A stretch of DNA of 64,000 nt from Synechococcales cyanobacterium VAR_4_metabat_354 (GCA_031414775.1 JANOQI010000035.1:30609-94608); one strand, 5' to 3'; positions 51,716 to 62,697 are shown, counted from the first letter of the stretch. Numbers and translations are program-made. Notes: a model not told the origin generated them from the letters alone.

Positions 51716-52129
51716 ATGAGCATCAAATCCAAATTCACATCCACTGCAATTAGTTTACCTCTGGTATTGTGCTCACTAATTCCTATTAGTACAGCGCAAG
51801 CCAACGATACAAAATTCGTCAGTGTTCCTTCTAACTATATCTATGACACCAGTGGACGCTCTGGACGTATCTCTCTCCATGACTACTGCACTAAATCACC
51901 TGATGAGTTTCCAAATCCAATTGGGAAGAATGCTGATTTCCGTGGTCCATGTGCCCGCAATGACCTTTGTTATGGTAGCTCAACAGACAAAAAGAAGTGC
52001 GATGCAAATCTTTGGCTAGACATGCGTAGCAACTGCAAATACACATACAGCAATTGGATTAGTCCAACTCGTAATGCTTGTTACAAGACGGCAGCGATCT
52101 ATTTCGCAGCAGTTGTTGCTACACCATAA
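51716..52129 (+). CDS. Secreted prokaryotic (Streptomyces-type) phospholipase A2 homolog with catalytic His replaced by Asn
   Basis: Signal peptide ending AQA, DYCTKSPD, DFRGPCARNDLCY (family C.RHD.CY), CD..L..DM...C, C...A.IYFAAV. Confidence 0.8.
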   Translation: MSIKSKFTSTAISLPLVLCSLIPISTAQANDTKFVSVPSNYIYDTSGRSGRISLHDYCTKSPDEFPNPIGKNADFRGPCARNDLCYGSSTDKKKCDANLWLDMRSNCKYTYSNWISPTRNACYKTAAIYFAAVVATP

Positions 52130-52215
52130 ATAAAGCCAAAGAAGCAATGCTTTGCTTCCTTAGCTTTCTCCCCTATTTTATCTACTTTTTTACCAATTCA
52201 CACCCGGAGGTCAAT

Positions 52216-53082
52216 ATGCCCCCCAAATTTCATGTACCCGTTGTTAAAATAATTAGCCCATTCATTGCCGGAATAATCACACTGTTTGCCCAGTCTCCAG
52301 CCGCAGCCAGTCCATTAACAACCATCACAGATATCTGTCGCAAAGATTCATGGCCACAATTATCATTTCTCCAGGAGCTATGCCAAACTGCCGAAACCCC
52401 TGCCCCAAAGACCAATGAATCAAACCAAGACCCAGAGAATACTCCCGATCGATCTACAGAAGAAGCAGCTCCAGCCGCATCAACATCTAAGTCTGGCGAT
52501 TTCATTTTATTCAAGTTCGATGTAAACATCGGTCTTGGTGGTGGCGGAGACCAACTCGGCTTTGGTAACAGCTTCGCGCCATCCGAACCGATACCGCCAG
52601 CTCCAACGCCAGTCCAACCATCCCCAAAAGCAACAAAAGCACCGAAAAAAACAAAAGCAGCCAAACCTCAAAAATCAGTCCCCTCCGCTCCCAATCGCGG
52701 ATCATTGCCACCCAAGCAAATCAAGCCATTATCACCAAAAAAACATCAGCTTGCTCCCAACGTGATCAAGAGTCCAGGGAAACAACCAGCAACCAGAGTG
52801 AAAATTCTTCCATCTCGTCCACTACGGCTTCAACCCAAAGCAATCAAGAATTCAGGAAAACAGCCAACAATCAGAGTGAGAATCCCTCTATCTCGTTCAC
52901 TACAACTTCAGCCCAAAGCGCACCCGCAAATTAGAAGCATCGTTGTCCCCAAAACTATGCAACTACAGCACACCATTCAATTCAACCAGCCACTGAAACG
53001 CCCGATGGTTCAACCCTCCGTGCAACAACCACTCAGAATCAATCGTAGCATCAGTAAACCCTTGCCACGTCGAGGTAAGTAA
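52216..53082 (+). CDS. Secreted Pro/Lys/Gln-rich low-complexity protein
   Basis: GGAGG upstream of ATG 52216, signal peptide, basic proline-rich tail with an internal repeat. Confidence 0.7.
   Translation: MPPKFHVPVVKIISPFIAGIITLFAQSPAAASPLTTITDICRKDSWPQLSFLQELCQTAETPAPKTNESNQDPENTPDRSTEEAAPAASTSKSGDFILFKFDVNIGLGGGGDQLGFGNSFAPSEPIPPAPTPVQPSPKATKAPKKTKAAKPQKSVPSAPNRGSLPPKQIKPLSPKKHQLAPNVIKSPGKQPATRVKILPSRPLRLQPKAIKNSGKQPTIRVRIPLSRSLQLQPKAHPQIRSIVVPKTMQLQHTIQFNQPLKRPMVQPSVQQPLRINRSISKPLPRRGK
52756..52920 (+). repeat. 78-nt (26-aa) imperfect tandem repeat, about 2.1 copies
   Basis: Units start at 52756, 52834 and 52912 (PNVIKSPGKQPATRVKILPSRPLRLQ / PKAIKNSGKQPTIRVRIPLSRSLQLQ). Confidence 0.85.
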
Positions 53083-53124
53083 TTAACGTGAGTTTCTCTT
53101 AAATGGAGACTCTACGCAAATGGG

Positions 53125-53886
53125 TTACGCAGCATTGCGGCTAGAAATTGCCCCAAATCGGCGCTGGCGAAGCTGATATTCTTGGAGAGCCTGGTGTAAG
53201 GCCGCCCGATCGAAGTCTACCCAAAGAGTGTCGGTAAAGTACAACTCCGTGTAAGCCAGCTGCCAGAGCAGGTAGTTGCTGAGGCGCTGTTCGCCGCTAG
53301 TGCGGATTAATAGGTCGGGTGCTGGTAAACCCGCTGTCCACAATTGTTGCTCGATCGTATTCTCATCAATATCTGCTGGTTGCAGGACACCAGCTTTAAT
53401 CTGTTTCGCAATCTGCTGACAGACGCTCGTAATTTCGGCGCGACTACCGTAGTTCATGGCAATGTTGAACTGAATGCCAGGGTTCTGCTGAGTAAGTTCG
53501 ATCGAATTGTGGATGGCTCTAGCCACCGTAATGGGGAGAGCAGAGGAGTCTCCGATGAAGCTGATTTTTACCCCTTGCTGGTGCATCTCGGCTAGCTCTT
53601 TCTGGAGCATTCGTTCGCACAGATTCATAATAAAGTTTACTTCCTCCTCTGGTCTGCTCCAATTTTCGGTAGAGAAGGCGTAGACTGTCAGAGCTTCAAT
53701 TCCCCAATCTTGGCAACAGCGTAGAATGTGTTTGAGAGTTTTAGCTCCTTGAGCATGGCCGATCGTGCGTGGTAAGTTTTGCTGGGTAGCCCAGCGACCA
53801 TTCCCATCCATAATGATGGCAATATGACGTGGTAATCCTTGGGGGTCTAAATCTGCGGGCAGGGAGTTGCTAAACATCTGAGACAT
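53125..53886 (-). CDS. uppS: cis-isoprenyl transferase (UppS family)
   Basis: PRHIAIIMDGNGRWA, YAFSTENWSRP, NYGSRAEI, DLLIRTSGEQRLSNYLLWQLAYTE, RRFG. Confidence 0.93.
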   Translation of the reverse strand: MSQMFSNSLPADLDPQGLPRHIAIIMDGNGRWATQQNLPRTIGHAQGAKTLKHILRCCQDWGIEALTVYAFSTENWSRPEEEVNFIMNLCERMLQKELAEMHQQGVKISFIGDSSALPITVARAIHNSIELTQQNPGIQFNIAMNYGSRAEITSVCQQIAKQIKAGVLQPADIDENTIEQQLWTAGLPAPDLLIRTSGEQRLSNYLLWQLAYTELYFTDTLWVDFDRAALHQALQEYQLRQRRFGAISSRNAA

Positions 53887-53940
53887 GGCTGTTGGATCAT
53901 GACTTTTATATGGGCTGCTGATAGCTTAAAAAAATACGGG

Positions 53941-53988
53941 GTCGGATGTCAGTCGGTGAAAGTCGGTAGTTTGCCAGCAAAAAGTCGG
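53941..53988. repeat. Helically phased GTCGG direct repeats between uppS and the STAND gene
   Basis: GTCGG at 53941, 53952, 53962 and 53984 (spacing 11, 10, 22 bp). Confidence 0.8.
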
Positions 53989-54097
53989 ATCGGTTTTTTT
54001 GCTCAAGAGCAGCAGCTCACTGGAATTTAGGCAAGTTATACTGGTGAATCAATAGGGAGAATATGGCCATGTGGGACAAAGCATTGATTGAGCAGGG

Positions 54098-56404
54098 ATG
54101 GTAAGCGTGCAATCCTCTGATGCAGTGGAACTAGGAGCTGTGCTCGATCGACTAAATGATTTATTCACAACTGTCACTGGTAAACCGCTCAGTGAATTAC
54201 AGCGCGTTATTATCGAACAAGTGTGGGCGGGGCGCAAATACTCAGAAATTGCTGATGTCTATAGTTGCACCGAGGGGCATGTCAAAGATATCAGCTCGGA
54301 TTTATGGAAAATTCTCAGCCAGGTACTTTCCACAAAGGTCAGTAAAAATAACTTGCGGATAGTCCTGCAACAGCAGCTCCCCGCGATTCCCACCCCCTCA
54401 GAGTTGCGTTTTGTGGGACGGGCGGGATCGATCGATCATCTCCGGCAGCTAGCTAGTCGGGGCGCGAAGGTGATTGTAATTCAGGGGGAAGGAGGCTTAG
54501 GAAAAACGACACTGGCGCAACAATATCTCCAGCAGGGCAAGTTCGATCAGGTGCTGGAGTTTTTGGTGGCTAAAGAAACTCAGTATTTGGTGCCAGCTGA
54601 CCAAGTAGTCGAAGAATGGTTGCGCCAAGATTTTAATCAAGAACCCAGCCCAGAATTAGGGGTGAATTTAAGTCGTCTCAAGCGCCAGCTCCAAGAGCAG
54701 CGCGTGGGCATTTTGATCGATAACTTAGAGCCAGCTTTAGATAGGCAGGGACAATTCATTGCGGCTCAACGTAGTTATGTAGAATTGCTGCGGATTTTAG
54801 CGGATCAACAAGTGCGATCGACTACCATTATTACCACCCGTGATCGACTGTGTGAGACCAGTCTGGATTTGCAACATTATCGATTGCCAGGGCTGGCTAT
54901 CGATGCTTGGCAACAATTTTTTGGCAGTCAACAGATTGTTACAGATGCCCCAATTTTAGCTATGATTCACCATGCCTATGGTGGTAATGCCAAGGCCATG
55001 CGATTGTTCTGTGGCTCTATTCAAGAAGATTATGCGGGGGACTTAACGGCTTATTGGCAAGCACATCAAGATGACCTGTCAGCAACTACCGATCTAAAAA
55101 ACCTGGTAGCTAATCAAGTCGATCGATTGCAGGCTCTAGATCCAGTCGCTTATCAATTATTTTGTCGGTTGGGCTGTTATCGCTATCAAGAAATACCAGC
55201 GCTATCAGTGGCTGGTGTAAATGCTTTGCTGTGGGATGTTTCGACCACTGAGCAATTGACCACCATCACGGCCTTACGCGATCGTTCGTTGGTGGAGTAT
55301 CAACAGGGTCGTTATTGGTTGCATCCAGCTTTGCGAGCCGAGGCGATCTCGCGTTTGCGCCAGAGTTCTGATTGGGAAATGGCTAACCGTCAAGCGGCTC
55401 AGTTTTGGACAGAGAGTGTGGTGCAGATTCAGCAGCTGACCGATGCTTTACAAGCACTGGAAGCCTATTATCATTACGTCGCGATTGCAGACTATGGGGC
55501 GGCTAGTTTGGTGATTTTGAAAAGCCGTAACAATCAATGGCAGCAGTATTTACCGTTGGGTAGTATGCTCTATCGGATGGGCTTGGCGCAGCCGGTTTTG
55601 GTCGCTATTAATCAAATTCTTCAGCACAGTCCTACCGAGCAACATCTCAGCGAACTCTACAATATTTTGGGCGACTTGCGCTGGATTACTGGCAATATCC
55701 AGGGAGCGATCTCCTGTCAGGAAAAGACCCTGACTTTAGCCATATCCGCTGTGATAGAAGCCGTTACCCCGCAGCAAATTTATTATTTTAAAATGCTGGA
55801 AGTGGATTCTTTACTCAGTATTGGTCTCTACAAAATTGATTTATGGGAATTAAGGGAGGCAGCGGAGCTGTTTCAGCAAACTATTAATCGCTCCCAAAAT
55901 ACGGCGCATCAGGCTTGGGCAGAAAAGGCGACGATTGGTTTAGCTTTGGTACAAGCACATTTAGGGTTAACTACAGTAGCTACAACTTTAGCGAATCTGG
56001 CCTATCAAAATTTACCTACTACCAATTTACCCAGATTTGCTTATTTCTTGCAGCTGCTGGGGCAGACCTACATTAAACTACAACAGTTCGATCGATCGAA
56101 TGAATTATTTCAGCAAGCCTTGCAGTTTGCCGAGGCTGGACATTATCAGCAAATTAAGGCCCGGACTTTGATGGGGTTGGCCGAAATTGACAAAATGCAA
56201 GGTCAGACGGATCAGGCGGTAGTTCGCTATCAGGAGTCGATCGATCTACTAACAGTGATTGGAGCAAAGTGTGATCTGGCCGAGGCTTGGTGGCAGTTGG
56301 GCTTACTGGCAGGGGATGAGGAGATGTTCGATCGATCAATACAGCTATTTACCAAAATCCAAGCACCTCAGCAAATCGCTAAAGTGATCGCTACCCGCCG
56401 ATAA
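54098..56404 (+). CDS. HTH-NB-ARC(STAND)-TPR protein
   Basis: HTH VWAGRKYSEIA..CTEGHVKD.SSDLWKILS..KVSKNNLR, Walker A GEGGLGKTT, Walker B ILIDNLE, IITTR, GGNAKAM, YWLHP, C-terminal TPR helices. Confidence 0.92.
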   Translation: MVSVQSSDAVELGAVLDRLNDLFTTVTGKPLSELQRVIIEQVWAGRKYSEIADVYSCTEGHVKDISSDLWKILSQVLSTKVSKNNLRIVLQQQLPAIPTPSELRFVGRAGSIDHLRQLASRGAKVIVIQGEGGLGKTTLAQQYLQQGKFDQVLEFLVAKETQYLVPADQVVEEWLRQDFNQEPSPELGVNLSRLKRQLQEQRVGILIDNLEPALDRQGQFIAAQRSYVELLRILADQQVRSTTIITTRDRLCETSLDLQHYRLPGLAIDAWQQFFGSQQIVTDAPILAMIHHAYGGNAKAMRLFCGSIQEDYAGDLTAYWQAHQDDLSATTDLKNLVANQVDRLQALDPVAYQLFCRLGCYRYQEIPALSVAGVNALLWDVSTTEQLTTITALRDRSLVEYQQGRYWLHPALRAEAISRLRQSSDWEMANRQAAQFWTESVVQIQQLTDALQALEAYYHYVAIADYGAASLVILKSRNNQWQQYLPLGSMLYRMGLAQPVLVAINQILQHSPTEQHLSELYNILGDLRWITGNIQGAISCQEKTLTLAISAVIEAVTPQQIYYFKMLEVDSLLSIGLYKIDLWELREAAELFQQTINRSQNTAHQAWAEKATIGLALVQAHLGLTTVATTLANLAYQNLPTTNLPRFAYFLQLLGQTYIKLQQFDRSNELFQQALQFAEAGHYQQIKARTLMGLAEIDKMQGQTDQAVVRYQESIDLLTVIGAKCDLAEAWWQLGLLAGDEEMFDRSIQLFTKIQAPQQIAKVIATRR

Positions 56405-56624
56405 GCCAATAAATTGTCTATAACTTGTGTTGCTCGCGGTGGAGAATTCTGGCTAATTGATTTGGAGCAGGACTAGGGTAGAACCTGAATCAAATGGAAT
56501 GTTCTGGAATTTCGGTCACAAAAAGCTTAGAATAGGGCTGGCAAGATAAGGGTATATCTGCGACTTATGGTACAATGCCCTGTCTCCTGCTCGGTAATTG
56601 ACCGCCACTTCATCCCAAATTCTT

Positions 56625-57983
56625 ATGCCTTTGCCCATTGTTGCTGTTATTGGTCGCCCGAACGTGGGCAAATCCACCCTCGTAAATCGCTTAGCCGGCG
56701 CGATGGATGCGATCGTTCATGACGAGCCAGGAGTTACTCGCGATCGAACTTATCGACGGGCTTTTTGGCAAAACCGGGAGTTTGTTGTAGTCGATACCGG
56801 TGGTTTAGTATTTGATGATGAAACCGAATTCTTACCTTTAATTCGGGAGCAAGCCCTAGCCGCTCTCAAAGAAGCCAGTATGGCGATTATGGTAGTAGAT
56901 GGTCAGGCTGGAGCCACCGCTGGTGATCAAGAAATTGCCACTTGGCTGCGCCATCACCCCGTTCCAGTACTTTTGGCTGTTAATAAATGCGAATCGGAAA
57001 CTACTGGCTTGCTCCAAACTGCTGATTTTTGGCAATTAGGATTAGGCGAACCCTACCCAGTCTCCAGCATCCACGGTAACGGTACTGGTGAATTGCTGGA
57101 CGAGATGGTACAGCATCTACCTGATATTCAAGAAGAAGAAGAGGATCCCGAAGTCCGGATTGCCATTATTGGCCGTCCCAATGTCGGTAAATCTAGTTTG
57201 CTCAATGCTTTCTTGGGCGAAAATCGATCGATCGTCAGCCCCATTTCTGGCACAACTCGGGATGCGATCGATACGCTATTAGAACTCGACGGTAAAAAAT
57301 ACCGGATTATTGATACCGCCGGGATTCGCAAGAAAAAGAATGTCGAATACGGCCCCGAATTCTTTGGCATCAACCGGGCATTTAAAGCCATTCGCCGCTC
57401 TGATGTGGTGTTGATGGTTTTGGATGCCATGGATGGTGTTACCGAGCAGGATCAAAAACTGGCCGGGCGAATCATGGAAGAAGGTCGTGCCTGCGTGATC
57501 GTCATGAATAAATGGGATGCAGTCGAAAAAGACTCCTACACCATCTACGATTATCAAAAAGAAATCACAGCGCGGCTGAACTTTACAGAATGGGCAGAAA
57601 GTATTTTTGTCAGTGCCCTCAACGGCCAGCGGGTAAAAGACATTTTGCCAGTAGTCGATCGAGCAGTTGAGCAACATCGCCGCCGGGTATCCACCGCTGT
57701 GATCAACGAGGTCATTGAAGAAGCAGCTACTTGGCATAATCCGATCGTGATGAGTGGCGGCAAGCAGGGCAAGATTTACTACGGCACTCAGGTGAGTACC
57801 CAGCCACCTACAATTGCTTTGTTTGTGAATGACCCGATGCGTTTTAACGATAATTATCGTCGTTACATCGAAAATCAGTTCCGTGAACAACTCGGTTTCA
57901 AAGGTACCCCCATGCGGATTTTGTGGCGGGGTAAAAAGCAACGGGAAGGCGAAAAAATGGTTAACCGGGCAACGAAGGTCTAA
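56625..57983 (+). CDS. der: Ribosome biogenesis GTPase Der (EngA)
   Basis: Two GRPNVGKS G-domains, GVTRD/GTTRD, DTGG/DTAG, NKCE/NKWD. Confidence 0.98.
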   Translation: MPLPIVAVIGRPNVGKSTLVNRLAGAMDAIVHDEPGVTRDRTYRRAFWQNREFVVVDTGGLVFDDETEFLPLIREQALAALKEASMAIMVVDGQAGATAGDQEIATWLRHHPVPVLLAVNKCESETTGLLQTADFWQLGLGEPYPVSSIHGNGTGELLDEMVQHLPDIQEEEEDPEVRIAIIGRPNVGKSSLLNAFLGENRSIVSPISGTTRDAIDTLLELDGKKYRIIDTAGIRKKKNVEYGPEFFGINRAFKAIRRSDVVLMVLDAMDGVTEQDQKLAGRIMEEGRACVIVMNKWDAVEKDSYTIYDYQKEITARLNFTEWAESIFVSALNGQRVKDILPVVDRAVEQHRRRVSTAVINEVIEEAATWHNPIVMSGGKQGKIYYGTQVSTQPPTIALFVNDPMRFNDNYRRYIENQFREQLGFKGTPMRILWRGKKQREGEKMVNRATKV

Positions 57984-57991
57984 GCAGGTTC

Positions 57992-58876
57992 ATGGATTTA
58001 TTGCGTTCTCTGCCCATTGGTCTTTATCTGGAGCAGCCCCTGACCTGGCTGCACCGCATTGATCCCAGGGTTAAATTGGCTTGGTTGCTCAGCTTTTTGC
58101 TAGCTCCCATCTATTCCAATGTATTTTGTCGGATTGCTGTGATGGTGATCCTGATTTTAGTAGCTATCTTAGCTGGAATTCCGTGGCGAGCACTCAAGCA
58201 ACAACTGGGCTTGGTATTGTTGTTTGGTAGTTTGATGTTTGTGTTGGGGTTGTTGCTACCCGACTCGGTATCGATGCCACATCAACCCCGGATGCCAGTG
58301 GAGCCAGCGGTGATCAGTAACTACAAGTATGTATTATTCCAATTCGATCAGGGTTGGCTGCATCTAAAAATTACGCGCAAGTCTCTTAAAACAGCCATCT
58401 ATGTCAGTACTCTGCTTTTCACTCTAATCTATAGCACTACAATTTTCTTATTAACTACGGCTCCCGAAGAAATGACAGCTGCTTTAGAAAAGCTGATGCA
58501 GCCGCTGAAAAGGTTCAACGTGCCAGTGACGGAAATTGCTTTGACGCTAACTTTGGCATTACGGTTTATTCCATTAGTACTAGAAGAGATTCAAAATTTA
58601 GTTCGATCGATGTCTACCCGGGGCATCAACTGGAATAAGTTAGGGATGAAAAATACCTTAAAGGTGTGGCTGACGGTGGGTGAAAAGTTATTAGAGAATT
58701 TGCTAATGCGGGCAGAACAGATTGCGATCGCGATGCAGTTGCGGGGATTTACGACTCCCAATGAGCATCATGTGGAGTGGGAACAGCTGCGGATTAAAAC
58801 TGGAGATGTTTTGGCGCTGGTGGTATTGGGAGGGGTGTGGGTAGTCAGAATTACCTGGGGTAGCGAATTGCCGTAA
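57992..58876 (+). CDS. ECF transporter T component (CbiQ/EcfT, Ycf92-like)
   Basis: LHRIDPRVKL, LTTAPEE, LALRFIPLVLEE, AMQLRGF. Confidence 0.92.
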   Translation: MDLLRSLPIGLYLEQPLTWLHRIDPRVKLAWLLSFLLAPIYSNVFCRIAVMVILILVAILAGIPWRALKQQLGLVLLFGSLMFVLGLLLPDSVSMPHQPRMPVEPAVISNYKYVLFQFDQGWLHLKITRKSLKTAIYVSTLLFTLIYSTTIFLLTTAPEEMTAALEKLMQPLKRFNVPVTEIALTLTLALRFIPLVLEEIQNLVRSMSTRGINWNKLGMKNTLKVWLTVGEKLLENLLMRAEQIAIAMQLRGFTTPNEHHVEWEQLRIKTGDVLALVVLGGVWVVRITWGSELP

Positions 58877-59016
58877 GCCAATTGTCTTCAACATATTGCT
58901 ATGAGTAAGATCGACTAACCACTAAAGGATTTAAATCTATTCGTCATCTTGATAACTCTGAGATGCTGAATCTAAATAGTTTTGTCAATAATGAGCAAAT
59001 TATTTTAGATTGCAGA

Positions 59017-61647
59017 CTACAATCCGCTCATTAACTCCGACTTGGCTAAAGCTAAAGCCTCTGGCAATTTACTAGCATCCCGACCCCCGGCTTGCGCCAA
59101 ATTAGGCCGACCACCACCGCCCCCACCACAGATCTTAGCGACGGGTCCAATAAACTTACCGGCCTGTAAACCTTTATCATTAACGCCCTTACTAAAAGCC
59201 ACCACAAAGTTGACCTTGTCAGCAGCGGGCACTGAAGCCAGCACCACCGCACCTTCCCCTAGTTTTTGCAGCAACCGCTCCGCCGCCGTCTGCAAGGCGG
59301 CCGCTTCCACGTCGCCCAACTCAGCCACGATGTAGGAGAAAGAACCAACTTGCTCAGCTTGAGTTAGCAACTGCTCGGATTTAAGCACCGCCAAATCCCC
59401 TTTAACCTGCATCAATTGTTTCTGGCTAGCTTTTAGTTCTTCTTGGAGGCTATTTACCCGATCGACAATTTCATTGGGCTTGGCTTTAAACCGATCGCCT
59501 AAATCTTTAACCACCTGCTCGCGCACATTCAGATACTCTAAAACCGCAGCCCCCGCGACAGCCTCAATCCGGCGAATACCAGCGGCCACCCCGGCTTCGG
59601 TGATAATTTTGAACACCCCAATTTCAGCGGTGTTCTGAACGTGGGTACCGCCACAAAATTCCATGGACACGCCCGAAAAATCGATCACCCGCACTTCGGC
59701 ACCATATTTTTCACCAAACATTGCTACTGCGCCTTTGGCTTTAGCCTCGGCGATCGGCAGCACTTCAATATCCGCCGGATGAGCTTCACTAATCCAGGCA
59801 TTGACCTGATTCTCCACGGCCTGTACTTCTGCCGGCGTTAAAGCCCGAGGATAATTAAAGTCAAAGCGCAGTCGATCGAACGCCACCATCGAACCAGCTT
59901 GAGAGATTTCACCATCAACTAACTTTTTCAAAGCCGCTTGCAGCAAGTGGGTGGCACTGTGATTAGCCTGCGCCCGTCGCCGACAACTAGCATCGATCTG
60001 AGCTGTGATTTGATCACCAACCCGTAAACTGCCCCGTTCGATGGTGCCAAAATGAATAAAAAAGTTAGATTCTTTTTGGACATCGGTAATTTGCACCAGC
60101 AAATCAGTGCCAGTCAAAAAACCACAATCGCCAATCTGTCCACCAGATTCAGCATAGAAAGGACTGCGATCCAGGATGATCTGGACAGTCGCACCAGCCT
60201 CGGCTTCTTCGCTAATTTCACCACCAACCAACACCGCCGCCACTATCGCTGAACTATGCAGATTGCTGTAGCCCAAAAACTCGGTGGGATGTAAGTTAGC
60301 AGCTAAGTGATCGATCGATCCCTGTACGGTCACATCAATAGTGGTATGGGCAGCTTGAGCCAATTCTTTTTGCTTGAGCATGGCCTGCTGATAGCCATCC
60401 AGATCAATATCTAAACCCTGTTCGGCAGCAATTTCTTGGGTCAGCTCCAACGGAAAACCATAGGTGTCGTAGAGGGTAAAAGCATCAATACCACTAATTA
60501 ATTTGCTATCACCAACCTTGGTAATTATTTCAGCGAGCAGCTTTTCTCCTCGATCGAGGGTTTTCAAGAACTGCGCTTCTTCCCGCGCTAAATCCCCTTG
60601 AATTAAACTAGCTTTTTCGCGTACTTGTGGATAGGCATCCTCGGACATGGCAATTGCAGTTTCAGCTACCTGACCAATAAAAGCCCCCTCAATTCCTAAC
60701 AGCCGCCCGTGGCGCACCACCCGTCGCACCAACCGGCGCAAAATATAGCCCCGCCCAGTATTAGAAGCCCGGATTCCATCTGAAATCATCTGCACCACCG
60801 CGCGCACATGATCACCAATTACTTTCAGAGAAACTTTATTTTCGTCACTAGCCTGAGCATAATCCACGCTCGCTAGTGCAGCGGCTTTTTGGACAATCGG
60901 TAAGATCAGATCAGTTTCATAGTTATTAGGCACTTGCTGGAGGATCTGCGCCATCCGCTCCAGACCCATGCCGGTATCAATATTTTTGTTTTTTAGGGGC
61001 GTGAGCTTACCATCCACATCCCGGTTGTACTGCATAAATACCAAGTTATAAAACTCGATAAACCGGGTATCGTCTTCTAGATCAATATTATCGTTACCCA
61101 ATTCGGGGTGAAAGTCGTAATAAATTTCGGAGCAAGGTCCACAAGGGCCGGTCGGTCCCGATACCCAAAAATTATCAGCCTCGCCCAACCGCTTAATCCG
61201 TTGTGGATTAACGCCAATTTTGTTTTCCCAAATGGCAAAGGCTTCGTCGTCATCTTCGTAAACGCTTACGACTAGGCGCTCTGGTGGTAACTGAAAAACC
61301 TGTGTGGAAATTTCCCAGCCCCATTCGATCGCTTGTTCTTTGAAATAATCCCCAAAACTGAAGTTGCCCAGCATCTCAAAAAAAGTATGGTGCCGCGCCG
61401 TCCGTCCCACGTTTTCGATATCATTGGTACGAATACATTTTTGGGAAGTGGTCGCGCGGGGAAAATCCGGGGCTTTTTGACCCAGAAAAATTGGCTTAAA
61501 GGGCAACATCCCAGCGATCGTCAGCAATACGGTGGGATCTTCTGGCACCAAGGAGCCACTGGGTAAAATTTGGTGCTGGTGCTGGGCGTAAAAGTTCAGG
61601 AATTTTTGGCGAATCTCTGCGCCACTCAGTTGAGGAATCGAGGTCAT
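59017..61647 (-). CDS. alaS: Alanine--tRNA ligase
   Basis: [66 protein letters not shown]. Confidence 0.99.
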   Translation of the reverse strand: MTSIPQLSGAEIRQKFLNFYAQHQHQILPSGSLVPEDPTVLLTIAGMLPFKPIFLGQKAPDFPRATTSQKCIRTNDIENVGRTARHHTFFEMLGNFSFGDYFKEQAIEWGWEISTQVFQLPPERLVVSVYEDDDEAFAIWENKIGVNPQRIKRLGEADNFWVSGPTGPCGPCSEIYYDFHPELGNDNIDLEDDTRFIEFYNLVFMQYNRDVDGKLTPLKNKNIDTGMGLERMAQILQQVPNNYETDLILPIVQKAAALASVDYAQASDENKVSLKVIGDHVRAVVQMISDGIRASNTGRGYILRRLVRRVVRHGRLLGIEGAFIGQVAETAIAMSEDAYPQVREKASLIQGDLAREEAQFLKTLDRGEKLLAEIITKVGDSKLISGIDAFTLYDTYGFPLELTQEIAAEQGLDIDLDGYQQAMLKQKELAQAAHTTIDVTVQGSIDHLAANLHPTEFLGYSNLHSSAIVAAVLVGGEISEEAEAGATVQIILDRSPFYAESGGQIGDCGFLTGTDLLVQITDVQKESNFFIHFGTIERGSLRVGDQITAQIDASCRRRAQANHSATHLLQAALKKLVDGEISQAGSMVAFDRLRFDFNYPRALTPAEVQAVENQVNAWISEAHPADIEVLPIAEAKAKGAVAMFGEKYGAEVRVIDFSGVSMEFCGGTHVQNTAEIGVFKIITEAGVAAGIRRIEAVAGAAVLEYLNVREQVVKDLGDRFKAKPNEIVDRVNSLQEELKASQKQLMQVKGDLAVLKSEQLLTQAEQVGSFSYIVAELGDVEAAALQTAAERLLQKLGEGAVVLASVPAADKVNFVVAFSKGVNDKGLQAGKFIGPVAKICGGGGGGRPNLAQAGGRDASKLPEALALAKSELMSGL

Positions 61648-61734
61648 GGGATTTATTTAACTAGCCAATCTATGTTCTAATTGTGACCGATTTTGGCTAG
61701 TAACTGATGATCGATCGGCTAAATCCTGTTAAAT

Positions 61735-62697
61735 CTAATCCAGAGGACTAATTACGCCTCTTCCGCCACGATTCATGACATGGGTGTAAATCATCGTGGT
61801 CTTGACATCTTTGTGACCAAGCAATTCTTGGACGGTGCGAATATCGTAGCCATTTTGCAAGAGATGGGTGGCGAAGCTATGACGAAAAGTGTGGCAGCTA
61901 ACTCTCTTATCAATTTTGGCTTGTCTAACAGCTTGCTTAATTGCTTTTTGTAGTCCGCTTTCATGTAAGTGGTGTCGGCGCACTGCATCGCTTCTGGGGT
62001 CTTTAGAAAGCCGATCTCCAGGAAAAATATATTGCCAGATCCATTCTTTCTCTGCATTAGGATACTTGCGATCGAGGGCAAACGGTAAATAAACAGCTCC
62101 ATAGCCCTGTGCCAGGTCTCTTTCATGGGTGCAGCGCACTCGTTTCAGGTGTTCTTGTAAAAATGGCGCAAGAGTGGTGGGTAGCATAGTGGCTCTACTC
62201 TCATGACCTTTGGTATCGCGGACAGTAATTTGCTGATAGGAAAAATCTACATCCTTGATCCGGAGGCTTAGTCCTTCGTTTAAGCGCAGTCCTGTACCAT
62301 AGAGCAATTGAACTAATAATTTATGCTCACCAGATAGCCTGGAAATAATAGCTTGCACCTCTTCTTTTGTTAAAACCGTTGGTAAATAACGGGATTGTCT
62401 GGCTCGAAGAGCATCGACAGGTGGTAAATCTTGTTCTAGGACAAATCTGTACAGAAATAGTAAGGCACTCAAAGCTTGGTTTTGGGTTGAAGCGGCAACA
62501 TTATCTACTACGGCTAGGTGACTAAGAAATGCTTCAACTTCTTTTATTCCCAAATCTTTGGGATGTTGTTTGTTGTGAAATATGATGTAACGCCGAATCC
62601 AATCTACATAAGTTTGCTCAGTGCGATAAGAATAATGCTTGAGGCGAATTGCTTGTCGAACCCGGTCTAATAGTTTTGGTGGGTTGCTTTGCTCCAT
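61735..62697 (-). CDS. intI: Integron integrase (tyrosine recombinase)
   Basis: [31 protein letters not shown], IntI-specific patch [56 protein letters not shown]. Confidence 0.97.
   Translation of the reverse strand: MEQSNPPKLLDRVRQAIRLKHYSYRTEQTYVDWIRRYIIFHNKQHPKDLGIKEVEAFLSHLAVVDNVAASTQNQALSALLFLYRFVLEQDLPPVDALRARQSRYLPTVLTKEEVQAIISRLSGEHKLLVQLLYGTGLRLNEGLSLRIKDVDFSYQQITVRDTKGHESRATMLPTTLAPFLQEHLKRVRCTHERDLAQGYGAVYLPFALDRKYPNAEKEWIWQYIFPGDRLSKDPRSDAVRRHHLHESGLQKAIKQAVRQAKIDKRVSCHTFRHSFATHLLQNGYDIRTVQELLGHKDVKTTMIYTHVMNRGGRGVISPLD

Noticed and set aside
51255..53112. Intergenic hairpins as attC sites of a detached cassette array
   Set aside because: They lack RYYYAAC...GTTRRRY ends and the L-box extrahelical pattern seen at 63780-63867.
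57128..57941. Long antisense ORFs opposite der (similar ones lie opposite glyS, murI and alaS)
   Set aside because: They are shadow ORFs of conserved genes with no recognisable domains.
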